From positions 800,001 to 864,000 of the forward strand of contig CAVZDU010000002.1 of assembly GCA_963774265.1 (NCBI GenBank): a stretch of 64,000 nucleotides of DNA, written 5' to 3'. The stretch comes from an uncultured Chloroflexia bacterium. Its GTDB lineage: Bacteria > Chloroflexota > Anaerolineae > CG2-30-64-16. The position numbers were made by a program, and so were the translations under genes. Shown in pieces: positions 52,280 to 62,395 of the stretch. The number at the start of each line of letters is the position of its first letter. The stretch's first letter is position 1. The notes under the pieces were generated by a model that did no database searches, had not been told where the DNA came from, and worked only from the letters and a program-made list of their open reading frames with translations.

Positions 52280-52341
52280 CAACACCTCCAACCAACACCA
52301 AAGTGTCTATACACTAACACCGCATTGCGGATATTCTACTT
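52280..52341 (+). promoter_or_regulatory. Conserved AACAC-box motif, copy 3
   Basis: CAACACCTCCAACCAACACCAAAGTGTCTATACACTAACACCG..GATATTCTACTT. Confidence 0.75.
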
Positions 52342-52409
52342 ATGCCGACATCTTCATCCTGGGTGTGCTCTACACGGCTGTCAATATAAGGTGAATTTGG
52401 AGGAAACTC

Positions 52410-53393
52410 ATGAAAGCGATTATCTGCACAAAATACGGCCCCCCTGATGTACTTCAGCTCCAAGAGGTGGAAAAACCTACGCCCAAGGAGGATGAAGTAC
52501 TGGTAAAGGTTCATGCTGCATCCGTAAATGCGTATGACTGGCATCTACTGACCGCTGACATGTTCCTGGTTCGCCTCATGGGCGGGGGGCTGCTTAGACC
52601 CAAAAAGGCGATACCGGGCGTGGACATCGCCGGGCGGATTGAAGCGGCTGGAAGTAACGTCAAGCAGTTTCGGCCAGGTGATGAAGTGTTCGGGGATATC
52701 TCCGCATGTGGTAATGGCGGTTTTGCCGAGTATGTATCTGTTCCTGAGAATGCACTGGCGCTGAAACCGGCTACTCTATCGTTCGAGGAAGCCGCGGCTG
52801 TACCCATGGCGGCCGTCACTGCCCTGCAGGGTCTGCGCGATGAAGGGCGGATTCAGGCGGGGCAGAAGGTATTGATCAACGGGGCGTCTGGCGGGGTGGG
52901 GACGTTTGCGGTGCAGATCGCCAAAGCGTTCGGCGCTGAAGTCACAGCCGTGTGCAGTACACGGAACTTGGACATGGCGCGCACGCTTGGGGCAGACCGG
53001 GTCATTGACTACACCAAAGAAGATTTTACCCGCAATGGGCAGACATATGACCTGATTCTTGCCGCTAACGGATATCATCCGCTTTCAGCGTACAAGCGTG
53101 CCTTAACTCCCCAGGGCATTTACGTTATGGTTGGAGGCAAGCCAGGGCAGATTTTCCAGGCCATGCTCCTGGGAAGTTGGATGTCGGAAAACGGGGGTAA
53201 GAAGCTGGGAGGCTTCACGGCGAAAGCGAACCAGAAAGATTTGGTTATGCTCAAAGAGCTTGTGGAAGCGGGCAAGGTCGTACCGGTTATTGATAAACGC
53301 TACTCGCTAAGTGAGGCTGCTGAAGCTCTCCGGTATCTTGGAGCAGGACATGCCCGTGGAAAAGTTGTCATCACTGTGGAACACAGCAACTAA
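52410..53393 (+). CDS. NAD(P)-dependent medium-chain dehydrogenase/quinone reductase-like protein
   Basis: YGPPDVL, NGASGGVG and GHARGKVV; GGAGG RBS. Confidence 0.88.
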   Translation: MKAIICTKYGPPDVLQLQEVEKPTPKEDEVLVKVHAASVNAYDWHLLTADMFLVRLMGGGLLRPKKAIPGVDIAGRIEAAGSNVKQFRPGDEVFGDISACGNGGFAEYVSVPENALALKPATLSFEEAAAVPMAAVTALQGLRDEGRIQAGQKVLINGASGGVGTFAVQIAKAFGAEVTAVCSTRNLDMARTLGADRVIDYTKEDFTRNGQTYDLILAANGYHPLSAYKRALTPQGIYVMVGGKPGQIFQAMLLGSWMSENGGKKLGGFTAKANQKDLVMLKELVEAGKVVPVIDKRYSLSEAAEALRYLGAGHARGKVVITVEHSN

Positions 53394-53454
53394 ACCCGCC
53401 AAAGCGCCGCATCCGGTAAGTTGCGCGGCCATGCTGGCTTGGAAAGCGCCGACT

Positions 53455-54582
53455 ATGAATTCGAATCAATCCTTCGCACCAAAAGCAGGGCATATTATGT
53501 TGATCATATTTTCTATCTTGTTGGCTTGCCTACTCATTCTTGTGGGCGGGCTGCAGCTATGGAGTCCAGGAAAACCAACGCCCTTCGTGGATGAAAACGG
53601 AAAGCCGCTGGCGGGCAGCGTTTCGGAGAAAGTATTTGTCAACATCAACGGTGTGGAGCAGGGGATGTTTGTCACGAGCAAAGATGCAAGGCATCCAGTG
53701 CTGCTTTACCTTCATGGGGGTATACCTGATTACTTCCTTACACAAAGGTATCCTACCGGTCTTGAAGACTTATTCACCGTCGTTTGGTGGGAACAGCGTG
53801 GTTCAGGACTCTCCTATAGTTCCGATATCCCACCAGAGACGATGACGCTGGAGCAAATGATATCTGACACGCTGGAGCTGACGAATTACTTGCGTCACCG
53901 CTTTGGTCAGGAAAAGATATACCTGATGGGACATTCGGGGGGAACCTTTATTGGCATCCAGGCGGCTGCACGGGCACCGGAGTTGTACTATGCCTATATT
54001 GGCGTTGCTCAGATGTCGAATCAACTTAAATCTGAAAGACTGGCGTACGAGTATATGCTTCAGCAGTTCCAAGAGAACGGAAACTTAGAAATGGTGCGAA
54101 GACTTGAAGCAGCACCCGTAACGATGACGGGCGGCATACCAGATGCCTATCTTGCAGTGCGTGACGAAGCAATGCATAGCCTTGGTATCGGCACGACACA
54201 TGACATGAATTCGGTCCTCAGCGGCATCTTTTTCCCTTCGCTAACATTCCGGGGGTACACACTATTGGAAAAGATCAATCTGTGGCGTGGCAAATCTCAA
54301 ACCGGTGTTAGCTCTATGTGGGGTGAAATAATCGCCACGGATCTGACCATAACTGTGCCAGAGCTTGAAATCCCCGTCTATTTCTTCGGCGGCATATACG
54401 ATTACACTGTCTCCTACCCGGAGGCAAAATCCTATTTTGAGAAACTGAAGGCACCAGTAAAAGGGTTTTATACGTTTGAGCAGTCTGCTCACAGCCCCAT
54501 ATTTGAAGAGCCCGAAAAAACGCTGAAGATTTTGCAGGAGGACGTTCTGGCAGGGACGAATAGCCTTGCTGACGTAAAGTAA
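53455..54582 (+). CDS. Membrane-anchored alpha/beta hydrolase (proline iminopeptidase-like)
   Basis: N-terminal TM, HGG, WEQRGSG, GHSGG and SAHSP. Start at 53455 or 53497. Confidence 0.85.
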   Translation: MNSNQSFAPKAGHIMLIIFSILLACLLILVGGLQLWSPGKPTPFVDENGKPLAGSVSEKVFVNINGVEQGMFVTSKDARHPVLLYLHGGIPDYFLTQRYPTGLEDLFTVVWWEQRGSGLSYSSDIPPETMTLEQMISDTLELTNYLRHRFGQEKIYLMGHSGGTFIGIQAAARAPELYYAYIGVAQMSNQLKSERLAYEYMLQQFQENGNLEMVRRLEAAPVTMTGGIPDAYLAVRDEAMHSLGIGTTHDMNSVLSGIFFPSLTFRGYTLLEKINLWRGKSQTGVSSMWGEIIATDLTITVPELEIPVYFFGGIYDYTVSYPEAKSYFEKLKAPVKGFYTFEQSAHSPIFEEPEKTLKILQEDVLAGTNSLADVK

Positions 54583-54669
54583 GTGGATTAGGATGATGTG
54601 AAAGCGCCTGCTGGATTGCGGCCACGGCTGGGTCGCCCTGAAAGCCAGGCACAGCGCAGGCGCCGTGCC

Positions 54670-55845
54670 TAATGTAACTCATGTAATGGCTGCAAGACTT
54701 CGCTCCAGTGGAGCGACCGTGCGGCCGATGCGACTGAGGACGGCCTCGGGTTGCTCGGCGACTTTGGCGAAAAATGATTGGCCGCAGCGATGGCGGCATC
54801 GAGTGAGCCGAAGAAGTGATCGTGCGTCACATCAGCCCGTAGCCAGCGCCAGATCTGCTCCTGCACATGGAGCTTGGGCGCATAGCTGGGTAACTGCACA
54901 AGCACGACCTGCGGGTGTTCTTTGAGCCAAGCCCGCGTGCTCTTGGATGTATAGATGCTGGCGCCATCGACAATCAGAAAGATGAAATCCGCCTCGGGAT
55001 AGGCGGAGACGATCTCATGATCGACGAACTGCTGGAAGTCGAGGCTGCGCTTATGGACGCACAACTGGAAGTGCGTTTGCCCACTGCGGCTGTTGACCGC
55101 CCCGAACATGATCTGCTTGCGGTTGTTGCCGGGCGTCTCGACCTCCCAGGGGACGCCTATCGGTGCCCAGACCCGGGTGCGGGTGGGATTGAGCGCTAAT
55201 GCGGCCTGATGCACATCCGGTACGGCCACCATCGGTTCGTCGGTGTTGCGGATCGCCTCCGCCTTCACCCTTTTGGGTCGCACTGCGGGTCGCGGCTATG
55301 CACGACCGGGATGGGCTGCTTCAGGTGGATGCCATGCTGATGCAGCAGCACCCGGACCCGCTCGGCGCTCAAGTTGACGCCGGTCTGTTGGGCCAGGTAG
55401 CCGGCCAAGAGAGCGCAGGTCCACAGCACCTGTTCCAGCCCGTACCAGCGCAGATCGTGGCGCATGGTCTCGACCAGCAGCCATTCGTAGGACTCGTCCC
55501 AGGCGACGGGGCGCCCATCGCTCCATTGACTGGATAGGCCCGCCAGCCCGTGGCTTCAAAACGATCCAACCAGCGATGCACGGTCGATTGATCGACACCC
55601 AACAACGCGGCGATCTGGGTCACCCGCCAGCCGTCTGCCGACAGCAGGATGGCGTGACTGCGATGCCCTACCTCGACCGCCGGACTGGTCTTGTATAATT
55701 CAGTCAGCGCCGCCCGTTCCTGGGCGGTCAGTTCGCGAACTTAGCACAAAGGCACGATAGGCTCCGTAAAAGCAGTTTCGTTTGGGCTGTCTGTCCGGTC
55801 TAGCTGTTATCGCCTGCCCTTGCAAGCTTTCAATGCATTACATTA
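54670..55845 (-). mobile_element. IS630-family element, copy 1 (degenerate transposase)
   Basis: TAATGTAA / TTACATTA ends; HTH OrfA; CCCAAAAGGG slippery site; OrfB with IVDGASI and LPSYAP.L...E.IW. Confidence 0.8.
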
Positions 55846-56005
55846 GCGTCAAATGAACGCGACTGTTCGTCAGCTGGCACTCCTGGGTTTGCGAACACGG
55901 CACCCCGGAGCAACAGAGGCGTGGATGCAGCGCTACCTGGCGGATCTCTTGCTCGGATCGGAATTACTGCCCGCGCCCACGGACCGCAGCCTCTAGAGGA
56001 ACCCC

Positions 56006-56460
56006 ATGATACTCGAACCCATCGCCGTGACCTTACAAGTGATTGACGCGTTGAAGCAGGTGGGCGCGACCTGGGTCGTCGGCGGCTCGCTCGCCAGCAC
56101 AATCCATGGTGTGGTGCGCACCACGTTGGATGTCGATATCGTCGCCGACCTGAGCTTCAACAGGCGCAGCCACTTGCTGATCTTCTGACGGGCAAGTTCT
56201 ACCTCGACAACGGCGCCGTCCGCTAGGCGATCTGCCAACGCAGCAGCTGCAATGTGATCCACCTGGATACTATGTTCAAGGTCGACATTGTTATATCCAA
56301 GGGCAGGCCCTTTGACCGGTAGCAGTTGGACCGGCGCCAGCCATAGATTGTAAATCGTAGATCCCACTCCCGGTCGCACAATCGATGTGGCTATCCCGGA
56401 AGACACCATCTTGACCGAGCTGGTGCGGCGCCGTCTGAGCGATGAGATATCCGATCTGCA
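56006..56460 (+). pseudogene. Nucleotidyltransferase-family protein, frameshifted
   Basis: VVGGSLAS..HG..RTT.DVDIV motif, followed by stops and frameshifts (FKVD, PEDTIL fragments). Confidence 0.6.
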
Positions 56461-56464
56461 GCTC

Positions 56465-59400
56465 TCACGGCTGAACGTCGAGGTCACTCAGCAACACCTC
56501 GGCATCCGGCCATAGCTGGCCGTGTTCATTCCGAACCGGCAGGCGCACACTTGCCGCCTGCAAATCATACAGGCCCGTCGACAGGCGGTAGATGCCCGGC
56601 GGCGTGCCGGACGGGATCTTAAGAACCGCCCGGTCGGCAACCATCTCGCCCGGCTGCCAGCTCCAGGTGGGATTAGCGCCGCCTTGAGGCAAGTCGTCAA
56701 CGCCGGCAATCAGAACCCCCTCGACGCTCAATAGATGCACGAAACGGGTGAAGCTGGCGCTCGTGGTCTGCTCGCTCTTGAAGTGCAGCGTGAGAGTCAA
56801 GGCCTGGCCTGCGTGAAGCCCGGTATCAGGCATCTGCAGATCATAACCCTCCAGCGACGCTAGCCCGTCGAAGTGGGCGTTGACCGACCGTTCCGGGACG
56901 CGTGACTCAGAGTTGATGATTTTGATCGGCGGCAGTCGCAGACCATCGGGCAGAGGCTGGCCTTCAGCGCCGAAAGCTGGTAGGCGGACGCCCGTGTCGA
57001 AGTCATAGAGCCCCACAGACGGCCAGTACAGCCCGCTGAGCGCCCCAGGCGGAATTCGCAGGAGATACCAGTCCCTCTGCAATCGATAGGAGTCCCAAAG
57101 CAGCGCCGGACGGAAGATGGGCCCCGGCAGTTGGTCCTGTTGTGCAAGTGGCTGGCCTGCATGGTCCACGAGATGCACGAAGCCGTGGTAGCTACGGGAG
57201 GCCGGAGAGAATGCCTGCCAATACAACGTATAGGCCACGCTATCCCCGGGGTGAGCCACAAGGAGTTGACCCGTTCTCACTTGTGGCTGGCCGCTTGCAT
57301 GAACATCATAACCAGCCAGGCCGAGCGCGTCGCCCAGGCGCGCTTCAGCCGCATGGCTCGGCACTTGAGTCTCATCCGGGACCGACTTGGACAGTGTCAG
57401 ATTCCCAAGCCGACGCCACGTTGTGATGCCCGCAGACGCGGGTGGCTGCACCGCCAGCTGATAAGTCCCAGCCGGCAGTCCGGGCGGTAGTGCCACTTGG
57501 TAAGCATCCCGAATCAGCGTCCCGGTCGGCCAGTTGCGAGCGCTGGACGTGTTGTACCAGGGCGCGCTGACGGTCTCGGCGAGGACTCGGCCAGCAGAAT
57601 CAAGCACACCCCAACGAACGCGCCATTCGGCCGACTGCGACGCGGTCACGAACCATTCCGGGTAAACGTAGAGATAGGGATAGTGGCGGGCGGGCGTACC
57701 GAGCTCGAACCGATAGCCGGCCAGGCGCAGCCCTGGCCCAGTCACTTCCTCCGCGGGCGGCCGGATGACTGCCTGGGTCCGCGGCCAGACGGTTGCCATG
57801 ACCCCGGCAACGAGCAAACCTAGCAGCAGAATCGCCCAGCCGCGACCCACCCGGCCGCGACCTGACTGGACGAGCAGCACGGCCAGCGTCACCAGGGTCA
57901 GAATGCCGCCAATACGCCGATCACGCGTTGCCTCAAAGCTCAGGTCCAGCCGATGTGAACCAGCCGGTACATCGACGGTGAGCAGACCAAGGTTTGTGCT
58001 CGGGTAAGCCGGTACAATCTGGCCGTCGAGCAGCACCCGCCAACTGGGAAAGTAGTATGTGCTGAAGCGCAGCGGCCCACCTGTGTCACTGATAACAGTG
58101 CCTCGCAGATCGTAGGCATTGCCGGCATCGGGCACGAACTCACCCTCGATGCCCGGCAGGTCCGGTTCGACTGCAAGTTCCACAGCTTCGGTGGCCCAAC
58201 GCGGCCGAAACTCCTGCAGGCTGCTTGTGCCGAGTGTGTGCGCGTCCACTTCCACCTGGGCCGTCACCGCTGCCGAAACGTCGCTGCTCCCCTCAAAGAA
58301 GAGCTGGCCCCAGTTCAGTCGCACCCCATTGGCAGCCAGGATGAGGACCAACAGGCCCAAGGTTACAGCCGCTCGCAGTCGGCCCAGACGGAGACACCGC
58401 ACAATTCCGCAACTGAACAGCGCCAGGCTCAAGGACACAATGGAGAGCAGCCGCCAGGGGAACTGAACCGCCTGCAGCGTTGGGTTGCTGAGCCAGATCG
58501 GCAGCGCCCACGTGCCGATTCCCAGGCAGGCCAACAGGGCAAGGACGGCCCAAAAAAGCCACTCTGCATCCCAACGCCGAGCGAGGATAGCCCCAGCAAA
58601 AGCCAGCCCCACTTGCACCAGGCCCAGCCGGAAAGGAATCGCAGTAGAATAGCCGTACGCTAATCCCGTATCCAGAAAGCTGCGCCAAGTCCAGGCATTC
58701 TCGTGCAGGAAGACACGGGCAACAACCAGGCTCGCGTCGGTGATGTACGAACGTTCGGCCAACACCGGCAGCCAGAAGAAGGCGCTGAGCCCCAATGCGA
58801 TAACCCCGCCGGCAACGACCGGGCCGAGCGCGGCGACGCGCCTCCCGCTTTGCCACCACAAGACCGCGACGTAAGCCAGCCAGGGCAGCGGCACAAACAG
58901 CAGCGTAAGGTTATGAGCCAACACCAGTGCGGCCAAAGCAAGAGATGCCGGCAGCACATGACGCCAGGGGCGCACGCTGCAAATCAGGCCGCGTGCACCC
59001 CAAAACACCCAGGGCAGCAGCGCCTGGGCCAGCGCCTCGGGCAGCGCTCCGCGCACGAAGACATTGGTCAGAAAATAAGGGGCGAACATGTAGGCTGCAG
59101 CCGCCACCAGCGCCGCCCCCTGCCCATAGGGACCGAAGACAGCGCGGGCCAGCAGATACATGCCACAGCCGGCGACGAGGATCAGCAGCCCGCTTGCGAT
59201 GGCGTAGGCCAGGTAGTAGCTGGCGCCCAGCAGACGCCAGAGCTCAATCACGTAGTAGGCCAACGGCGCGTAGTAGTTGAAGACCGGGTAACCGTGCCCC
59301 AACATCAACTCGGGGAACCAGCGTGGATATAGCGTGCCATGCCGCAGACCATAATCAAGCGCAGCCACGCGCGCGAGGTGGATGTGGCTGTCCACACCCC

Positions 59401-59635
59401 GCGGCAACCCGTTGGCAAAAACAGACCAAAGCGCCGACAAAGCCAGCAGCGGCACAGCGACCCAAGGGTGCGCCGCGCCCCAGGTGGCGAACGAAGTCAG
59501 GCCGGGGGTCGCAGCCTGCCCATCGGCCGGGAAAGACGGAGGCCGCGACCAGAAGGGCCAGTATGGCAGGTTTGGCTTCCGGCCTCGGCGCGCACGACCA
59601 ACGATGCTCCGCTCATCGGCAGATTCTTGCCCCAT
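56465..59635 (-). CDS. PTPS-related (GT-C-like) multi-pass membrane protein with C-terminal extracellular repeat domains
   Basis: D..IH..R, YPRW.P....GHGYP.FNYY.PL, RGALPE, LS.FFWLP and QFPWR; repeated L.GY..L.W..F.HL..Q.D..P....W..G.GLYD domains. Confidence 0.82.
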   Translation of the reverse strand: MGQESADERSIVGRARRGRKPNLPYWPFWSRPPSFPADGQAATPGLTSFATWGAAHPWVAVPLLALSALWSVFANGLPRGVDSHIHLARVAALDYGLRHGTLYPRWFPELMLGHGYPVFNYYAPLAYYVIELWRLLGASYYLAYAIASGLLILVAGCGMYLLARAVFGPYGQGAALVAAAAYMFAPYFLTNVFVRGALPEALAQALLPWVFWGARGLICSVRPWRHVLPASLALAALVLAHNLTLLFVPLPWLAYVAVLWWQSGRRVAALGPVVAGGVIALGLSAFFWLPVLAERSYITDASLVVARVFLHENAWTWRSFLDTGLAYGYSTAIPFRLGLVQVGLAFAGAILARRWDAEWLFWAVLALLACLGIGTWALPIWLSNPTLQAVQFPWRLLSIVSLSLALFSCGIVRCLRLGRLRAAVTLGLLVLILAANGVRLNWGQLFFEGSSDVSAAVTAQVEVDAHTLGTSSLQEFRPRWATEAVELAVEPDLPGIEGEFVPDAGNAYDLRGTVISDTGGPLRFSTYYFPSWRVLLDGQIVPAYPSTNLGLLTVDVPAGSHRLDLSFEATRDRRIGGILTLVTLAVLLVQSGRGRVGRGWAILLLGLLVAGVMATVWPRTQAVIRPPAEEVTGPGLRLAGYRFELGTPARHYPYLYVYPEWFVTASQSAEWRVRWGVLDSAGRVLAETVSAPWYNTSSARNWPTGTLIRDAYQVALPPGLPAGTYQLAVQPPASAGITTWRRLGNLTLSKSVPDETQVPSHAAEARLGDALGLAGYDVHASGQPQVRTGQLLVAHPGDSVAYTLYWQAFSPASRSYHGFVHLVDHAGQPLAQQDQLPGPIFRPALLWDSYRLQRDWYLLRIPPGALSGLYWPSVGLYDFDTGVRLPAFGAEGQPLPDGLRLPPIKIINSESRVPERSVNAHFDGLASLEGYDLQMPDTGLHAGQALTLTLHFKSEQTTSASFTRFVHLLSVEGVLIAGVDDLPQGGANPTWSWQPGEMVADRAVLKIPSGTPPGIYRLSTGLYDLQAASVRLPVRNEHGQLWPDAEVLLSDLDVQP

Positions 59636-59830
59636 AATGCTCCCTTTGCCGGCCACATCGGCGCGAAGCCGAAACCGTTTTCCGCTCGTCATTATAGGTC
59701 CGGAAGATCGCGTTGGCAAACGACTGATCGCGCCGATCCGTCAAGATTGGTTGTAAAGGGGCAATTTGTGTATGATCCCACATAGATATCGTATCACGCG
59801 GCCTTTCAGCCAAAGCAGGGCATACCATTT

Positions 59831-60080
59831 ATGGTGCTGTCGCGTCGCGCCAACAGACGGCAACTTCAGGGGATCCTAATCCTGGAGAGCATTCTGCTCA
59901 TCCTCAGCCTGGGCAGAGCGCGTCTGATCCTCCCGTCGCTCGCAGCCAGCGGAAGCAACCACAGCGTGGTGGTGATCACCGAATTCGTGGCTGCAGGCCA
60001 AACTACGCTGGCCGAGGAGGACGGCGAGTATCACGATTGGGTCGAGCTGCACAACCGCAGCAGGCGAAGCGTTAACTTGC
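59831..60080 (+). pseudogene. Lamin-tail-domain protein, truncated by IS630
   Basis: Signal/TM, then VVITEF.A.....DGE..DWVELHN....VNL, cut at the IS end. Confidence 0.7.
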
Positions 60081-60940
60081 TAATGTAACTCGTGTAATGG
60101 CTGCAAGACTTCGCTCCAGTGGAGCGACCGTGCGGCCGATGCGACTGAGGACAGCTGCCGGTTGCTCGGCCACTTTTGCGAAAAAGCGCCGGGCTGCGGC
60201 CACAGCAGCGTCGAGCGAGCCGAAGAAGTGATCGTGCGTCACGTCGGCCCGCAGCCAGTGCCAGATCTGCTCCTGCAGATTGAGCGTCGGGGCGTAGCTG
60301 GGCAACGGCACGAGCACAATCCGCGGGCGCTCTTTGAGCCAGGCCCGCGTGCTCTTGGACCTGTAGATGCTGGCGCCATCTACAATCAGAAAGATGAAAT
60401 CCGCCTCGGGATAGGCGGAGACGATCTCATGATCGACGAACTGCTGGAAGTCGAGGCTGCGCTTATGGACGCGCAACTGGAAGTGCGTTTGCCCACTGCG
60501 GCTGTTGACGGCCCCGAACATGACCTGCTTGCGGTTGTTGCCGGGCGTCTCGACTTCCCAGGGCTCACCCACGAGTGTTCAGACTCGGGTGCGGGTCGGG
60601 TTGAAGGCCAGTTCGGCCTGATCGACATCCAACACCGCGACGGTCGGTTCGCCGGTATTGGGGACGTCTCCGCCTTCACCCTTTTGGGTCGTACTGCGAG
60701 TCGCGGCTATGCACGACCGGGATGGGCTGCTTGAGATGGAGGCCATGCTGATGCAATAGCACCCGCACGCGTTCGGCGCTCAGGCTGATTCCCGTCTGCT
60801 GGGCCAGGTAACCGCCAAGAGCGAGCACGTCCACACCGATTGCTCCAGTCCGTACCAGCGCAGATCGTGGCGCATGGTCTCGACCAGCAGCCATTCGTAG
60901 GACTCGTCCCAGGCGACGGGGCGCCCATCGCTCCATTGAC

Positions 60941-62064
60941 TAAGTAGGTAACAGAAAATTCGGGGCACTTCTTCGTTGCCTGATATACTGGGGTTACGGA
61001 GGGTGCCATGATCTATGTACGAACACCAACGGATGCTGAACTGCAAGAGCTCAAGCGAATGACCCGCCATGAGATCGGGCGGGTTAGCCAACGAGCGCAG
61101 ATGGTTCTGCTCTCAGCGCAGCAGCGCACGGTGCCTGAGATCGCCGTCATCTTTGGCGTCAAGTACAAGACCGTGCGCAAATGGCTCCGCCGCTTCAATG
61201 CGGCCGGGCCGGCCGGACTGTATGATGAGCCGCGCAGTGGGCGGCCGCGGACGCTGACCGACCGTGTCCGTGACACTTTGGTCGACATGAGCGAGCAGGA
61301 TCCCGAGCAGTCGGACTATCCCGCGACCTTGTGGACGGTTGCGATGCTGGCCTTAGCCTTGGCCGAGAAGATCGGCGTGTATCTGAGCCATAGCACCCTG
61401 CGTCAGACGCTGCATGCGGCCGGCCTGGCCTGGAGCCGCCCACGACTCGCCATGCCCCGCAAGACTGATCCGCAGAAGGCGGCCAAGCAGTGGGCAATAG
61501 TGCAGGCCGTGATTGGGGCTGGCCCAGCTGCAGTCGTGCTGTACGCCGACGAATCGCGCATCCAGATGCTACCGTTGATTCGAGCAATGTGGCATCGGCT
61601 GGGCCAGCAGATCCGTGTCCCGACGCCCGGCAGCAATCAGACGCGCAGCCTATTTGGAGCGCTCAACATTCGCACGGGCCAGTGGACGTGGTTGATCCGC
61701 GAGCATATGCACAAAGAAGACTTCATCACTTTCCTGGAACACCTGTTGACGGTGTATGCCAGCGGTCCGATCATTCTGATCGTCGATAACTACTCCAGCC
61801 ATACGGCTAAGGCCATCGATGCCTGGCTGACTGAGCACCCGCGACTCCAGTTGCACTACCTGCCGAAGTACTGCTCGCATCTGAATCCGGTTGAGAACAT
61901 CTGGCTGCGTCTCAAAGGCCAGACCGCCGCTGACCGCTTGTACGGTTCGCTGCATGGTCTGCTGGACGCCGTCACACGCTTCTTCGACCATATGACGCCA
62001 GCGATGGCGTTGACCTGGGCCAGTCTCGACTGAAAAGTGACCCGTACTTTTTGTGACATACTTA
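60941..62064 (+). mobile_element. Intact IS630-family element nested at a CTAG site
   Basis: TA duplication; IRL AGTAGGTAACAGAAAATTCGGGGCACTT vs IRR (reverse complement) AGTATGTCACAAAAAGTACGGGTCACTT; host sequence is continuous across it. Confidence 0.9.
61008..62033 (+). CDS. IS630 transposase
   Basis: HTH, YADE, VDNYSSH and LPKYCSHLNPVENIW. Confidence 0.92.
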   Translation: MIYVRTPTDAELQELKRMTRHEIGRVSQRAQMVLLSAQQRTVPEIAVIFGVKYKTVRKWLRRFNAAGPAGLYDEPRSGRPRTLTDRVRDTLVDMSEQDPEQSDYPATLWTVAMLALALAEKIGVYLSHSTLRQTLHAAGLAWSRPRLAMPRKTDPQKAAKQWAIVQAVIGAGPAAVVLYADESRIQMLPLIRAMWHRLGQQIRVPTPGSNQTRSLFGALNIRTGQWTWLIREHMHKEDFITFLEHLLTVYASGPIILIVDNYSSHTAKAIDAWLTEHPRLQLHYLPKYCSHLNPVENIWLRLKGQTAADRLYGSLHGLLDAVTRFFDHMTPAMALTWASLD

Positions 62065-62395
62065 GATAGGCCCGCCAGCCCGTGGCTTCAAAACGATCCA
62101 ACCAGCGATGCACGGTCGATAGATCGACACCCAACAACGCGGCGATCTGGGTCACCCGCCAGCCATCCGCCGACAGCAGGATGGCATGGCTGCGATGCAC
62201 CAGTTCGGTCACCGGGCTGGTTTTGTACAGCTCGGTTAGCGCCGCCCGTTCGTGGGCGGTCAGTTCTCGCACATGTCGCAAGGGAAGGATACACTCCGCA
62301 AGCGCAGTCTCACTGGGCTGACCCGTCCAGTCTACCTGCTACCGGAGGTCTTGCAACCTTTCGATGGTTTACATTAGCACCTCTGACATCACCCG

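Larger units (their letters stand above)
60081..62376 (-). mobile_element. IS630-family element, copy 2, interrupted by a nested IS630
   Basis: Homologous to 54670-55845 with the same ends; 5' part at 62065-62376, 3' part at 60081-60940. Confidence 0.85.
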
